Positions 9,955-18,808 of a stretch of 64,000 bases of DNA are shown in pieces; position 1 is the first letter of the stretch, and every line of letters begins with the position of its first letter. This stretch comes from an uncultured Clostridia bacterium (GTDB lineage: Bacteria; Bacillota; Clostridia; TANB77; CAG-508), in contig CALXVD010000003.1 of NCBI GenBank assembly GCA_944391865.1, positions 6,375 through 70,374 of the forward strand, read 5' to 3'. The notes under the pieces are model-generated. The model saw only the letters and a list, made by a program, of their open reading frames with translations. It did no database searches and was not told the origin of the DNA. The translations under genes and the position numbers were made by a program.

Positions 9955-10506
9955 ATGTTAGAACTATTATTAGGACAAATCCCAGAAGCAATTTATTTTG
10001 CACTGTTTATGATATTTACAAAAGAGTTAAAAACAAAAAGAGTGTTATATATTGTACTTATGGTAGTTGAATATTTGTTATTGAAACATTTTATTAAATT
10101 TAATATGTGGTTTCAAATAGCTTATACGATTTTTCAATTTATAATATTGAAAATTTTATACAAGGAAAAAGCACAAGTAACAGATATATTTACATTTGCA
10201 ATAGCTAGTGCTGTATTGATACTGATAAGTTTTGTTTCATATTCTATTATATGGGCAACTTTGAATAATTATTATGCCGCTGTTATACTTTGTAGGATTT
10301 TATTATTTGTATTTTTAGTTTTGTACCACAAAAAACTTTATAAAATTCAAAAATTATATAAGTTATTGTGGAATAGAACTGATAAAAGACCTGTTAATAT
10401 GAAATCAACAACTTTCAGAGCAGTTAATTTGGTGATTTTTAATATTATGTTTTATATTATAAATTTAGGAATGGCATTTATGCTTATTCAAAACGGAGGT
10501 GTGTAA
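9955..10506 (+). CDS. Polytopic membrane protein (~5-6 TM)
   Basis: 183 aa, very hydrophobic. Function unknown. Confidence 0.4.
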   Translation: MLELLLGQIPEAIYFALFMIFTKELKTKRVLYIVLMVVEYLLLKHFIKFNMWFQIAYTIFQFIILKILYKEKAQVTDIFTFAIASAVLILISFVSYSIIWATLNNYYAAVILCRILLFVFLVLYHKKLYKIQKLYKLLWNRTDKRPVNMKSTTFRAVNLVIFNIMFYIINLGMAFMLIQNGGV

Positions 10507-10507
10507 T

Positions 10508-10561
10508 ATGGGAGGATGGGACAGTTGGTTCTGGTTTTACAATCCTGAAGATGGAGAGTAA
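10508..10561 (+). CDS. 17-aa Trp/Phe-rich micro-ORF (MGGWDSWFWFYNPEDGE)
   Basis: ATG lies 8 nt after GGAGGTG. It sits between two membrane-protein genes and is absent from the ORF track because it is under 60 aa. Confidence 0.3.
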   Translation: MGGWDSWFWFYNPEDGE

Positions 10562-10606
10562 TCCAAACAAATTAAAAAAGTAATAGGAAGAGAAGTGGTG
10601 GTTTAG

Positions 10607-11194
10607 ATGAGTGATAAAACGAAAAACCTCCTTAGTAGTTTAATATTCAATGTTGCAGAGACAATATTAATATTTCTAATGGGTAGACTTCTTAGTCTAC
10701 CCGTAAATTATATAATTATAATAATGTTAACATTTATGATTAGTAGAGGTTGTTTTGGAAAAGTATTACATTTTAAAACATGGTATCGTTGCTTAGTTTG
10801 GAGTTTACTGATACTATTAAGTTTATTTGTGTTATTAAAAGTAGACTTAGTTGTTTCTATAATGTTTGCTATTTTTAGTGCGTTTATAATGACTGGTAGG
10901 TCTAATATCTGTGATATGTATTTATGGACAGGAAAAGTCAGTAAATATGATGCACTAAAGAATTTTGTATCAATAAGTCCTAACCACCCAATACTTCTTG
11001 AACATGAAGAATATTGGAGAAAGAATTATCCAATGAGATATGAAATTTTTCAATTATATTTTAGAGAAAATCAAACTTATGAGTATATCGCAAAACTAAA
11101 AGGTTTTGAAGATAATACTGTTACGAAACGAGAATGTGCTACAATTTATTCTATTTTAGAACGTCCTCTAGGACTTCCACCAGTAGGTAAGTAA
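10607..11194 (+). CDS. Membrane protein (4 TM) with a soluble C-terminal domain
   Basis: 195 aa. Hydrophobic N-terminal half and a ~90-aa C-terminal domain. Confidence 0.4.
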   Translation: MSDKTKNLLSSLIFNVAETILIFLMGRLLSLPVNYIIIIMLTFMISRGCFGKVLHFKTWYRCLVWSLLILLSLFVLLKVDLVVSIMFAIFSAFIMTGRSNICDMYLWTGKVSKYDALKNFVSISPNHPILLEHEEYWRKNYPMRYEIFQLYFRENQTYEYIAKLKGFEDNTVTKRECATIYSILERPLGLPPVGK

Positions 11195-11219
11195 GATATT
11201 TTGAATATCTTATTTTTTT
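11193..11219 (+). terminator. Rho-independent terminator
   Basis: aagatatt-ttg-aatatctt followed by a T7 run. Confidence 0.6.
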
Positions 11220-11233
11220 GTGTTCTAGGAACC

Positions 11234-11264
11234 CTGACAATCATTCTCTCTTTTGAGATATTAT
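11234..11264 (+). promoter_or_regulatory. Putative promoter
   Basis: CTGACA-N18-ATATTA upstream of 11288. Confidence 0.35.
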
Positions 11265-11287
11265 AAAACAAAAAGGAGAGATGAAAA

Positions 11288-11695
11288 ATGTTTAATTCAT
11301 ATAATCAAAATCCATATTTTAGTCCTTATTTTACTCCACAACAACCACAACAAACAACAGTGCCTAGTATGAGATTTAATAGTTTACAAGGAAAGTCAAT
11401 AGATAATTTAGAAGTAGTAAAAGCTATGGACATACCATTAGATGGTAGTATTAGTTATTTTCCACTTGTTGACGGAAGTGCAATAGTAACAAAACAACTT
11501 CAACAAGATGGCACAAGCAAAATTACAATTTATAAGCCTATAGAAGCTGATGAAGCTGCAACAACTAAATATGCTACTATTGAAGACATTGAAAATCATA
11601 TAAAAAATATTAAAATGCCTGACATGAAACCATTACAAGATGAAATCAAAACATTGAAAAAACAAATTAGAATTTTGTTAGACAAGGAGGATTAG
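11288..11695 (+). CDS. Hypothetical protein
   Basis: RBS aaaggagagatgaaaaATG. Confidence 0.3.
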   Translation: MFNSYNQNPYFSPYFTPQQPQQTTVPSMRFNSLQGKSIDNLEVVKAMDIPLDGSISYFPLVDGSAIVTKQLQQDGTSKITIYKPIEADEAATTKYATIEDIENHIKNIKMPDMKPLQDEIKTLKKQIRILLDKED

Positions 11696-11699
11696 TATT

Positions 11700-11921
11700 A
11701 TGAATCCAATGCAAATGTTACAAAATTTTATAATGAAAGGTTTGTCTCCACAAAAAATAGCTGAACAAATGGTAGGAAATAATCCGATGATGGCTAATTT
11801 AGTAAAAATGGCTAATGTTGGAGATACAGAAGGAGTAGAAAAAGTAGCAAGAAATATGTTCAAAGAAAAAGGTAGAGACTTTGATAAAGAATTCTCTGAA
11901 TTTAGAAGTAAGTTTAAATAG
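11700..11921 (+). CDS. Hypothetical small protein
   Basis: 73 aa. Confidence 0.3.
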   Translation: MNPMQMLQNFIMKGLSPQKIAEQMVGNNPMMANLVKMANVGDTEGVEKVARNMFKEKGRDFDKEFSEFRSKFK

Positions 11922-11971
11922 GTTATTATAATAACAAATATAACAAAAATTAAAAGAAGGAGGGAAATGCT

Positions 11972-12071
11972 ATGAGTTATGGTGAAGGTTTATCTGCATC
12001 AGACGTAGCTCTATTATCTAACCCAAATCGCAATGGTTACGACGGTTGGGGAAATGAAGGAGGCGCTTGGT
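11972..12071 (+). CDS. Exon 1 of an intron-split Gly/Cys-rich structural gene (MSYGEGLSASDVALLSNPNRNGYDGWGNEGGAW + first nt of the next codon)
   Basis: Strong RBS (aagaaggaggg). The ORF terminates with a TAA that spans the proposed 5' splice site. Confidence 0.45.
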
Positions 12072-12791
12072 AAACTGAAAATCTGCCAAGGTTAAATCGA
12101 GGTATTAAGCGGGAAGGCTGAAATGCTAATCCGAACCGAAGGCTATAGATACTATAGTCAGGGGCAACGCATAGGTAGTGAAAAGATATAATCTACCCAC
12201 GAGACCTCGACAATTGTTTTTGAATTTGTTATAATAATGTCGGAGGGGATAATAATGAAAAAAGGAAGTTATTATACTTTAGAAGATTATGTTATAACAA
12301 AAAATGGAGAAGTTATAAATAAACATAACGGTCGTATATTAAAACCACAGTTAAATGGAAAAGGGTATTTAAGAGTTTCTATTGGTAAACAATTGATGTT
12401 TGTTCATAGATTAGTTGCTCAAAAATATGTACCTAATCCAGAAAATAAATTACAAGTCAACCATAAAGATGGAAATAAATTAAATAATTATTATAAAAAT
12501 CTTGAATGGGTAACAAATCAAGAAAATAGAAATCACGCTGTGGAAAATGATTTACATCTATGTGGAGCAAGATGTTCTTGGTCGAAATTAACTTCTTCAC
12601 AAGTTTTAGAAATTTTAAATGATGATGTACATACTTTTACTGAATTAGGTAAAATGTATAATGTGAACCGAAATACAATTAGAGATATTAAAATGGGTAA
12701 AACTTGGAAACAATTGAAAAGATATGCTGACCTATAACGAATAAGTAAGTTATAGAAATAGAGGATAAAAAGCCTTTATGATAACAAAATG
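12072..12791 (+). mobile_element. Group I intron (IA-like) carrying an HNH homing-endonuclease ORF
   Basis: A GC-enriched structured block at 12072..12236 contains P/Q/S-like elements (aagcgggaagg, aatccgaacc, gatactatagtcagg). IGS gccaag at 12085..12090 pairs with the exon-1 end cttggt (P1, U-G at the junction). The adjacent atct pairs with ggat at 12792 (P10). Omega-G at 12791. Confidence 0.55.
12237..12737 (+). CDS. HNH homing endonuclease (HNH_3 type) inside the intron
   Basis: KGYLRVSIGK...VHRLVAQKYVPNPENKLQVNHKDGNKLNNYYKNLEWVTNQENRNHA is a classic phage HNH motif. RBS gtcggaggggataataATG. Confidence 0.8.
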   Translation: MSEGIIMKKGSYYTLEDYVITKNGEVINKHNGRILKPQLNGKGYLRVSIGKQLMFVHRLVAQKYVPNPENKLQVNHKDGNKLNNYYKNLEWVTNQENRNHAVENDLHLCGARCSWSKLTSSQVLEILNDDVHTFTELGKMYNVNRNTIRDIKMGKTWKQLKRYADL

Positions 12792-13537
12792 GGATAATTA
12801 TTTTCTTAATCTTTGCTCTTGGTGGTTTCAGAGGTAATGGTTTTGGCTGGGGAAACCAAGGTGGAGGAGCTGCTGATAATTATGTATTAGCTAGTGATTT
12901 CGCTACATTACAAAGACAACTTGATAGTGGTTTTGACAGAAATGGTCAAGCTATTAATCAAGTAAATAATGGACTTTGTGATGGTTTCTACGCTATGAAT
13001 ACTGGTATGTTAAATGGTTTCAGTGGTATTCAAAATACACTTTGTCAAGGATTTGCTGGTGTAAATAATGCTATTACACAAAACGGTTATGAAACAAGAC
13101 TTGGTGTTCAAAATCTTAGCTCACAATTAGCAAACTGCTGCTGCGACGTAAAAACTCAAATAGCAGACTGCTGCTGCACAACTCAAAGAGGAATTGACGG
13201 TATAAACTATAATATGGCTATGAACACAAACAATATTCAACAAACATTATGTAATAACACTAGAGATATAATTGAAAGTAATAATGCTAACTACAGAGCA
13301 TTACACGATGAAATAGTTGCTAATAGAATTGAGGATAAAAATGCTCAAATTCAAGCACAACAAAATGAAATCAACGCTTTAAGATTAGCTGCTAGTCAAG
13401 AAAGACAAAATACTTATTTAATCGACCAATTAAAACCTTGTCCAATACCTGCATATATTACTTGCAACCCATATCAATCATATGGATTTACATATGCAAA
13501 CAATGGTTGTGGATGCAACACTGGATGTGGATGTTAA
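12792..13537 (+). CDS. Exon 2 of the split gene: hydrophobic segment, Gly-rich region, coiled coil, Cys-rich C-terminus (CCC x2, GCGCNTGCGC)
   Basis: The frame is open from 12785 with no start codon before 12995, consistent with an exon. The GWGNxGG motif recurs on both sides of the hydrophobic segment. Confidence 0.45.
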
Positions 13538-13653
13538 TCAAATATATAAAAGCATAAATCTATTTTAGATAACCTTATTTAAAGGACTTGCTAATTGTAA
13601 ATGAGGATAGGCAAGTTCTATCCTCTTATTTTTGAAAGAAAGGAAGTAATGTT

Positions 13654-14112
13654 ATGATACAATCATATATAAATACAATTACACCATTAGATAGTAATAG
13701 TTCTTCTGTGGTTTTCCAAAAAGATTGTATTAGAACTAATAGTTGTAATGGTTGCAGAAGTTGGTTGTGCCACAACGAAGGTTCTGCCAACTATGAAATA
13801 GTTAATGGTGGAATATATAAAATTAGTTTTAATGCTACAATTTCTAGTGCTACCACAGGTGTAGTTGCTTTTGCTTTATTTAACAATGGTGAGCAAATAC
13901 CAGGTACATTAATGGCCGAAACAATTGACGCTGCTGGAGATTATGCTGATATTGGAATAAATAAAAAGGTTAGAGTATGTTGTAATGGGACATCTACTAT
14001 ATCAGTAAGAGCTGTGCCAACAATACCTACTGCAACTGCTCCAACTACACCAATCACAACACAAGTTCCAATCATAGGAAGTGCCAATTTAATAATCGAC
14101 AGAAGATGTTAG
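13654..14112 (+). CDS. Possible C1q/BclA-C-terminal-like beta-sandwich protein
   Basis: ANYEIVNGGIYKISFNATIS..VAFALFNNGEQIPGT..VRVCCNG resembles TNF/C1q-like fibre tips. This is a weak call. Confidence 0.3.
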   Translation: MIQSYINTITPLDSNSSSVVFQKDCIRTNSCNGCRSWLCHNEGSANYEIVNGGIYKISFNATISSATTGVVAFALFNNGEQIPGTLMAETIDAAGDYADIGINKKVRVCCNGTSTISVRAVPTIPTATAPTTPITTQVPIIGSANLIIDRRC

Positions 14113-14123
14113 GAGGTGGCATT

Positions 14124-14669
14124 ATGGAAGAAAAAGAAACTACAGTTGAAGAACAAAATACAATGCAATCTTTGAAAGAATTAGTTGAAGCTGAATTAAA
14201 AGAAATAGTAAATACCGGTATTCAACAAGAAAATCTTGATAATTTAGACAAATTGATAGATATACACAAAGACATTGAAAACGAAGAATACTGGAAAGAA
14301 AAGAAGGAGGTATATCGTATGAGATATTATGATGAAAACAGATATGGTGATGACAGATACGGAGACAATTATAGAATGGACCGTTCTTATGGAAGAAGGG
14401 GTAGACCTATGAACGCACCAAGAGATAGCAGAGGAAGATATAGAGGTCCAGAAGAGAAAATGCACGAAATGATGGAACATTATGGTGATTATACAGTTGC
14501 TTCAGATGCTGCAAATAGAGGTAATTACGGCGCAGAAGAAGACAGTATGAAAAGCCTAGATAGTATGTTAAGGTGTGTTGTTATATTTATGGATATGTTA
14601 GAAGAAAATGCTGATTCACAAGAAGAAGCTCAAATGATTAAAAAATACAGAAAGAAAATAAGTGAATAA
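14124..14669 (+). CDS. Acidic protein with an RYG/RGR-rich disordered segment
   Basis: The start is taken at the ATG after taggaggtggcatt. RYGDDRYGDNYRMDRSYGRRGRP repeats. Confidence 0.3.
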   Translation: MEEKETTVEEQNTMQSLKELVEAELKEIVNTGIQQENLDNLDKLIDIHKDIENEEYWKEKKEVYRMRYYDENRYGDDRYGDNYRMDRSYGRRGRPMNAPRDSRGRYRGPEEKMHEMMEHYGDYTVASDAANRGNYGAEEDSMKSLDSMLRCVVIFMDMLEENADSQEEAQMIKKYRKKISE

Positions 14670-15028
14670 TGTATAAATTCTTAAATGTTAATCAAAATAA
14701 TAATTTTGTGAATGACTGTGTTATTCGTGCTATATCTGTAGCTGAAAATAGAAGTTGGGGAGACACTTATGACGATTTGAGTAGAATTGCTAAGAAAAAT
14801 GGAATTTTACTAGATGACGTAAATTTTGTTGAACCTTTATTAGATTATAGATATGACCGAGTAAAAACATATCCTGGTGATACAGTTCAAGACATTTTAG
14901 AGGATTATCCAATAGGTACTTATTTGGTTACAATGAGAGGTCATATTACTGTTATAAGAGACGGTGTTGTATATGATACTTTTGATTGTAGAGATAGGGT
15001 GGTAAAAAATGTTTGGGAAGTGATTTAA
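14669..15028 (+). CDS. Hypothetical protein
   Basis: 119 aa. Confidence 0.3.
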   Translation: MYKFLNVNQNNNFVNDCVIRAISVAENRSWGDTYDDLSRIAKKNGILLDDVNFVEPLLDYRYDRVKTYPGDTVQDILEDYPIGTYLVTMRGHITVIRDGVVYDTFDCRDRVVKNVWEVI

Positions 15029-15237
15029 TGGGAAATGATAATTATTTTATCCTGAGCATAATTGCAAATATGTGCCAATTAATGGATTTTCAAATGAATA
15101 TGTCTCAGTTAAGTAATGACGACTTAATGAAGCATTTACTTCAGCAAGATAAAACATTAGATGAGCAGACAAATATTTATTTAAAAAAGATAATTGAACA
15201 GAATGAAGAAATCATTAAATTGTTGAAAAATAAATAA
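15013..15237 (+). CDS. Hypothetical small protein
   Basis: 74 aa. Confidence 0.25.
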   Translation: MGSDLMGNDNYFILSIIANMCQLMDFQMNMSQLSNDDLMKHLLQQDKTLDEQTNIYLKKIIEQNEEIIKLLKNK

Positions 15238-15244
15238 ATATCTA

Positions 15245-15273
15245 TTGACAATTGTTCAGTATTATTATAAAAT
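15245..15273 (+). promoter_or_regulatory. Promoter upstream of the capsid operon
   Basis: TTGACA-N17-TAAAAT. Confidence 0.55.
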
Positions 15274-15289
15274 ATGAACAGAAATAGAT

Positions 15290-15425
15290 ATGTCCTGGGG
15301 GCATACGAATTGGTTTTTTGAATTTACCAAGTTCGTGGCAAATGGGATGGGTAATATTTCTACACAATGTAACAGTTATGTAGTAAGCCCATTTCCGGTT
15401 GCTACGAACTTGTTTTTAGTTAAAA
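15290..15425 (+). other. Highly structured 5' leader RNA upstream of the major capsid gene
   Basis: Long-range stem caagttcgtggcaa..ttgctacgaacttg plus atggg/cccat, with inner hairpins (ctaca..tgtag, cgaattgg..ccaagttcg). Confidence 0.4.
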
Positions 15426-15451
15426 ATATATTATAAAAGGAGGAAACAATT

Positions 15452-16360
15452 ATGGCAGCAGTAAATTACGCTGAAAGCTACGAAAGAGCCTTAGCTCAAG
15501 CATATCCAAATGTGCTTAACTTTGGTGAATTATACAATGTAGCTAATAACCAAGTTTACAAATTCGTAGACTCAAAAACAATTCACATTCCATCAATTTC
15601 TGTAACTGGTAGAAAAAACGTAAACAGAGATGCTATAGATGGAACATTCTCAAGAAACGTAGATAACAGTTTTGAAACAAAAACTTTAACATTCTACAGA
15701 GAGTGGTCAACAAGTATTGACCCAGCAGACGTTATGGATACTAATATGATATTAACTATCCAAAACGCAACACAAGTATTCAATGAAACACAAAAATTCC
15801 CAGAAAAAGACGCTTATACAATAAGCAAAATTTATGCAGACTGGGTAGCTGAAGGAAAAACAGCAGATACAACTGTATTAACAGTTGACAATATTTTAGC
15901 CGTATTTGATAAAATGATGGAAGGAATGGATGAAGCATTAGTACCTTCTCAAGGAAGAATATTATATGTAACTCCAGCTGTTAAAACATTATTAAAATCA
16001 GCTTCAAATATTGGTTTATCTAAATCTGTTGAACACCAAGCTAATATCAACAGAGTTGTTGATAGACTTGATGAAGTTAGATTAATAACAGTACCTTCAT
16101 TCTTAATGAAGACTGCTTATGACTTTACAACAGGATTTGAACCATCTTCAAGTGCTAAACAAGTTAACTTGTTCTTAGTACACCCAAGTGCTATCTTAAC
16201 ACCAAATAAATACGCGTTTGTTGGTATGGAAGCTCCAGCAGCTGGTACAAAAGGTGACTATATCTATTATGAAAAAGAATATGCTGACGTATTCATTTTA
16301 AATAATAGAACAGGTGCTATCGCATTTAACATAACAGACGACGCTGACGCTAGTCTTTAA
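15452..16360 (+). CDS. Major capsid protein
   Basis: Very strong RBS (aaaggaggaaacaattATG). 302 aa. It sits in the head module upstream of connector and tail genes and has MCP-like composition. Confidence 0.65.
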   Translation: MAAVNYAESYERALAQAYPNVLNFGELYNVANNQVYKFVDSKTIHIPSISVTGRKNVNRDAIDGTFSRNVDNSFETKTLTFYREWSTSIDPADVMDTNMILTIQNATQVFNETQKFPEKDAYTISKIYADWVAEGKTADTTVLTVDNILAVFDKMMEGMDEALVPSQGRILYVTPAVKTLLKSASNIGLSKSVEHQANINRVVDRLDEVRLITVPSFLMKTAYDFTTGFEPSSSAKQVNLFLVHPSAILTPNKYAFVGMEAPAAGTKGDYIYYEKEYADVFILNNRTGAIAFNITDDADASL

Positions 16361-16396
16361 TAAAAAATAGGAAGTTGTAAGTAGAGGAGGGAGGAT

Positions 16397-16729
16397 ATGC
16401 TACTATCAAAGTTAACACCAATAACACTATATAATATTAAGTCTACACGTGGAGAAGATGGTGACTTAATCGAAGAATATGAAAACATATTTGAAGCAGA
16501 AGGTGCTATTCAGTATCTTGCGTCAGACGAAGTAGCTTTTAGTGCATATGGAGCTAATCTTGATAAAACATATCGTTTCAAATCTATTTACAACGACCTT
16601 GAACCTTTTTTATTGGAAAAAACAAATAATTTTCCAGATAACTTAACAAAGTATTTAGTTGAGTGGAAAGGAAATAAATATGCTGTTGTGAAGGTTACTC
16701 CATTATATATAGATATACAATGGAGGTGA
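16397..16729 (+). CDS. Head-tail connector-like protein
   Basis: Position and size (110 aa). Confidence 0.3.
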   Translation: MLLSKLTPITLYNIKSTRGEDGDLIEEYENIFEAEGAIQYLASDEVAFSAYGANLDKTYRFKSIYNDLEPFLLEKTNNFPDNLTKYLVEWKGNKYAVVKVTPLYIDIQWR

Positions 16730-16733
16730 TATT

Positions 16734-17363
16734 ATGGCAAAACCAACACTAAGAGATAATGTAGGTAGATTTCAAAAAACAGCCACAATATATATCACAA
16801 AACAACTCGAACAAATAGCGAATGATTTAGAGAGGGATGCTACTCAAGTTATTGAAGATAAACTACTTGAAACATATAAAACAAATGTATTAGCTTCATA
16901 TTCTCCAAGGTCAGAAACAGGGCGAGAAACCCAAGAATACAATAAATCTAAAAAATCTCGTGAAGCAAAAGAAGGATATAGAAGACGTTTACATAGAAAG
17001 AAACTAACTTATAAACATACTAATATATTTATAAATAGTATTTATACAGAAGTAGACAATAAGACTGTAAAAATTAAAATTAGAGATGAGAAATATCCTG
17101 ACGGTGCATCTACCACTCAAGTTTATGAATGGTTAACAAAAGGAACTATGGGCAGTGAAAAATCATATCCGTATATAAAAACTACAGGAAATAATACAGG
17201 TGACCCAAATAATTATAGTACAGGATGGGCACCTAACTATCCAACACCAGCTCATTTATTTGAAGAACATACAAAAATACAAATGCAAGGGTTTTTAGAA
17301 AACTTTAAAGGTAATATTAAGAATGATTATAACAGTAAACGATACAGGAGGAAAAGGAGGTAA
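16734..17363 (+). CDS. Head-tail joining / neck protein candidate
   Basis: Position only. Basic C-terminus. Confidence 0.25.
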   Translation: MAKPTLRDNVGRFQKTATIYITKQLEQIANDLERDATQVIEDKLLETYKTNVLASYSPRSETGRETQEYNKSKKSREAKEGYRRRLHRKKLTYKHTNIFINSIYTEVDNKTVKIKIRDEKYPDGASTTQVYEWLTKGTMGSEKSYPYIKTTGNNTGDPNNYSTGWAPNYPTPAHLFEEHTKIQMQGFLENFKGNIKNDYNSKRYRRKRR

Positions 17364-17369
17364 TACCAA

Positions 17370-17756
17370 ATGGCCAGATTAGTAAATCCATTACGTAAAA
17401 TGATACAAGCAAAATTAAATGAAATAGAAGGTTTAAAATCTGGAATAATTGTTTCTCAGGATATGGTTGAAATTGGTAGATATTATTTTGGTTATGACCT
17501 TCGTATAAGTCTAAATAAAAGAGATTTATCTTATGATAATGAACAATATATAATTTCAATTGTTGGATATTTATCTACAAAAGGTGGTACACAAAGACAA
17601 TTCGATGATTATTTAGACGCAATATGTGAGAAATTAGGAGAATTAAGATTTAGAACTACAACCCAAGATAGTCCAATAGCTCCAGATACAGGTTATCGTG
17701 AATGTATGTTAACTGCATACGCTCAAGCTAATACATTGGAGAAAAGTCTTAGATAG
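17370..17756 (+). CDS. Tail completion-like protein
   Basis: Position. Confidence 0.25.
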   Translation: MARLVNPLRKMIQAKLNEIEGLKSGIIVSQDMVEIGRYYFGYDLRISLNKRDLSYDNEQYIISIVGYLSTKGGTQRQFDDYLDAICEKLGELRFRTTTQDSPIAPDTGYRECMLTAYAQANTLEKSLR

Positions 17757-17815
17757 TTTCTATTCAACTAAATACTTTGTTAAGAAAAAAAAAATTTATA
17801 TAGGAGGTATGTAAT

Positions 17816-18361
17816 ATGGACCCAGATGCAAAAGTTCAAGTAGCCACACTTGGTACTGCGTTATATTATACAACAAAAATGAAAGCAGATAAAACATTTG
17901 AATTTATAGGAGTTAACGGTTCATACGATGGAGAAGAAGCGTTGATAAATAAACTTGACGCAAATGAATATCATCGTGTTTATGGTTTAGCTTCTACACC
18001 AGATTTTGGTGGACAACCAAACACAATAGATACAACAACTCTTGATAATACTAAAGCAGAAACATCCGTTTTAGGATTACAACCAGCAGCAGAAGTAACA
18101 TATGAAATCAATATGATGACTTTTGCTGATGTACCAAAAGACGGAACAGTACATAACCTAAGAGCGGTCAAAGCATTAGCAGATGACAAAGTTAAAGCTC
18201 ACTGGGTAGTTGTGAAGGCTTCAGGTGTTATTATAGAATATGACGCAACAACTAATATTTCATATACAGCTGACGCTCAACAAGATATTGAAAAATTCAG
18301 TATCTATCATGACGTTAAGTCTGATATAGTAGTTTCATTACCAAATGAATCTAGTATGTAA
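17816..18361 (+). CDS. Major tail protein candidate
   Basis: Strong RBS (taggaggtatgtaatATG). 181 aa, beta-rich. It lies immediately upstream of the tail chaperones. Confidence 0.45.
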   Translation: MDPDAKVQVATLGTALYYTTKMKADKTFEFIGVNGSYDGEEALINKLDANEYHRVYGLASTPDFGGQPNTIDTTTLDNTKAETSVLGLQPAAEVTYEINMMTFADVPKDGTVHNLRAVKALADDKVKAHWVVVKASGVIIEYDATTNISYTADAQQDIEKFSIYHDVKSDIVVSLPNESSM

Positions 18362-18457
18362 TAATTGAATAATAAACTAAACTTCGGTGGGCAGTTTAGC
18401 CAGTGCAATCTTCGGGCGTTTACATCCACCACTTTAATTAATAGGAGGATTACAATT

Positions 18458-18808
18458 ATGGACAATGTAGTAATTATCAAAATTGAAGGAACTGAATATG
18501 AGTTTAAATTAAAAAGCTCATCTATTTTATATTTAGAAAAAAAATTAGGTAGAAATATATTTGAAGCGTTTCAAAATCCAGATTTTACAGTAATGGTTAA
18601 TATTTTTTATGCTTGCGCAAATGACGCTTGTAAATTAAAATATAAAAATGAAGCTGATTTATTTGACGCATTATTAGCTGAATATGGTATGCAAGAATTA
18701 GCTGAAACTTATTTAGCTCAAATCGTTGAAAAATCAGGATTAGTGCAAAAACAAAAAGATATTCCAACACCCAGTGGAGAAGATAAAGAGAAAACTTGGA
18801 ATAAGTAA
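18458..18808 (+). CDS. Tail assembly chaperone (gpG-like)
   Basis: RBS ataggaggattacaatt before the ATG. Position upstream of the tape-measure gene. Confidence 0.5.
   Translation: MDNVVIIKIEGTEYEFKLKSSSILYLEKKLGRNIFEAFQNPDFTVMVNIFYACANDACKLKYKNEADLFDALLAEYGMQELAETYLAQIVEKSGLVQKQKDIPTPSGEDKEKTWNK

Noticed and set aside
12785-12995. Treating 12995..13537 as a stand-alone gene starting at the first ATG
   Set aside because: The frame is open for 210 nt upstream without a start codon or RBS. The upstream structured region fits an intron, so it is modelled as exon 2 from 12792.
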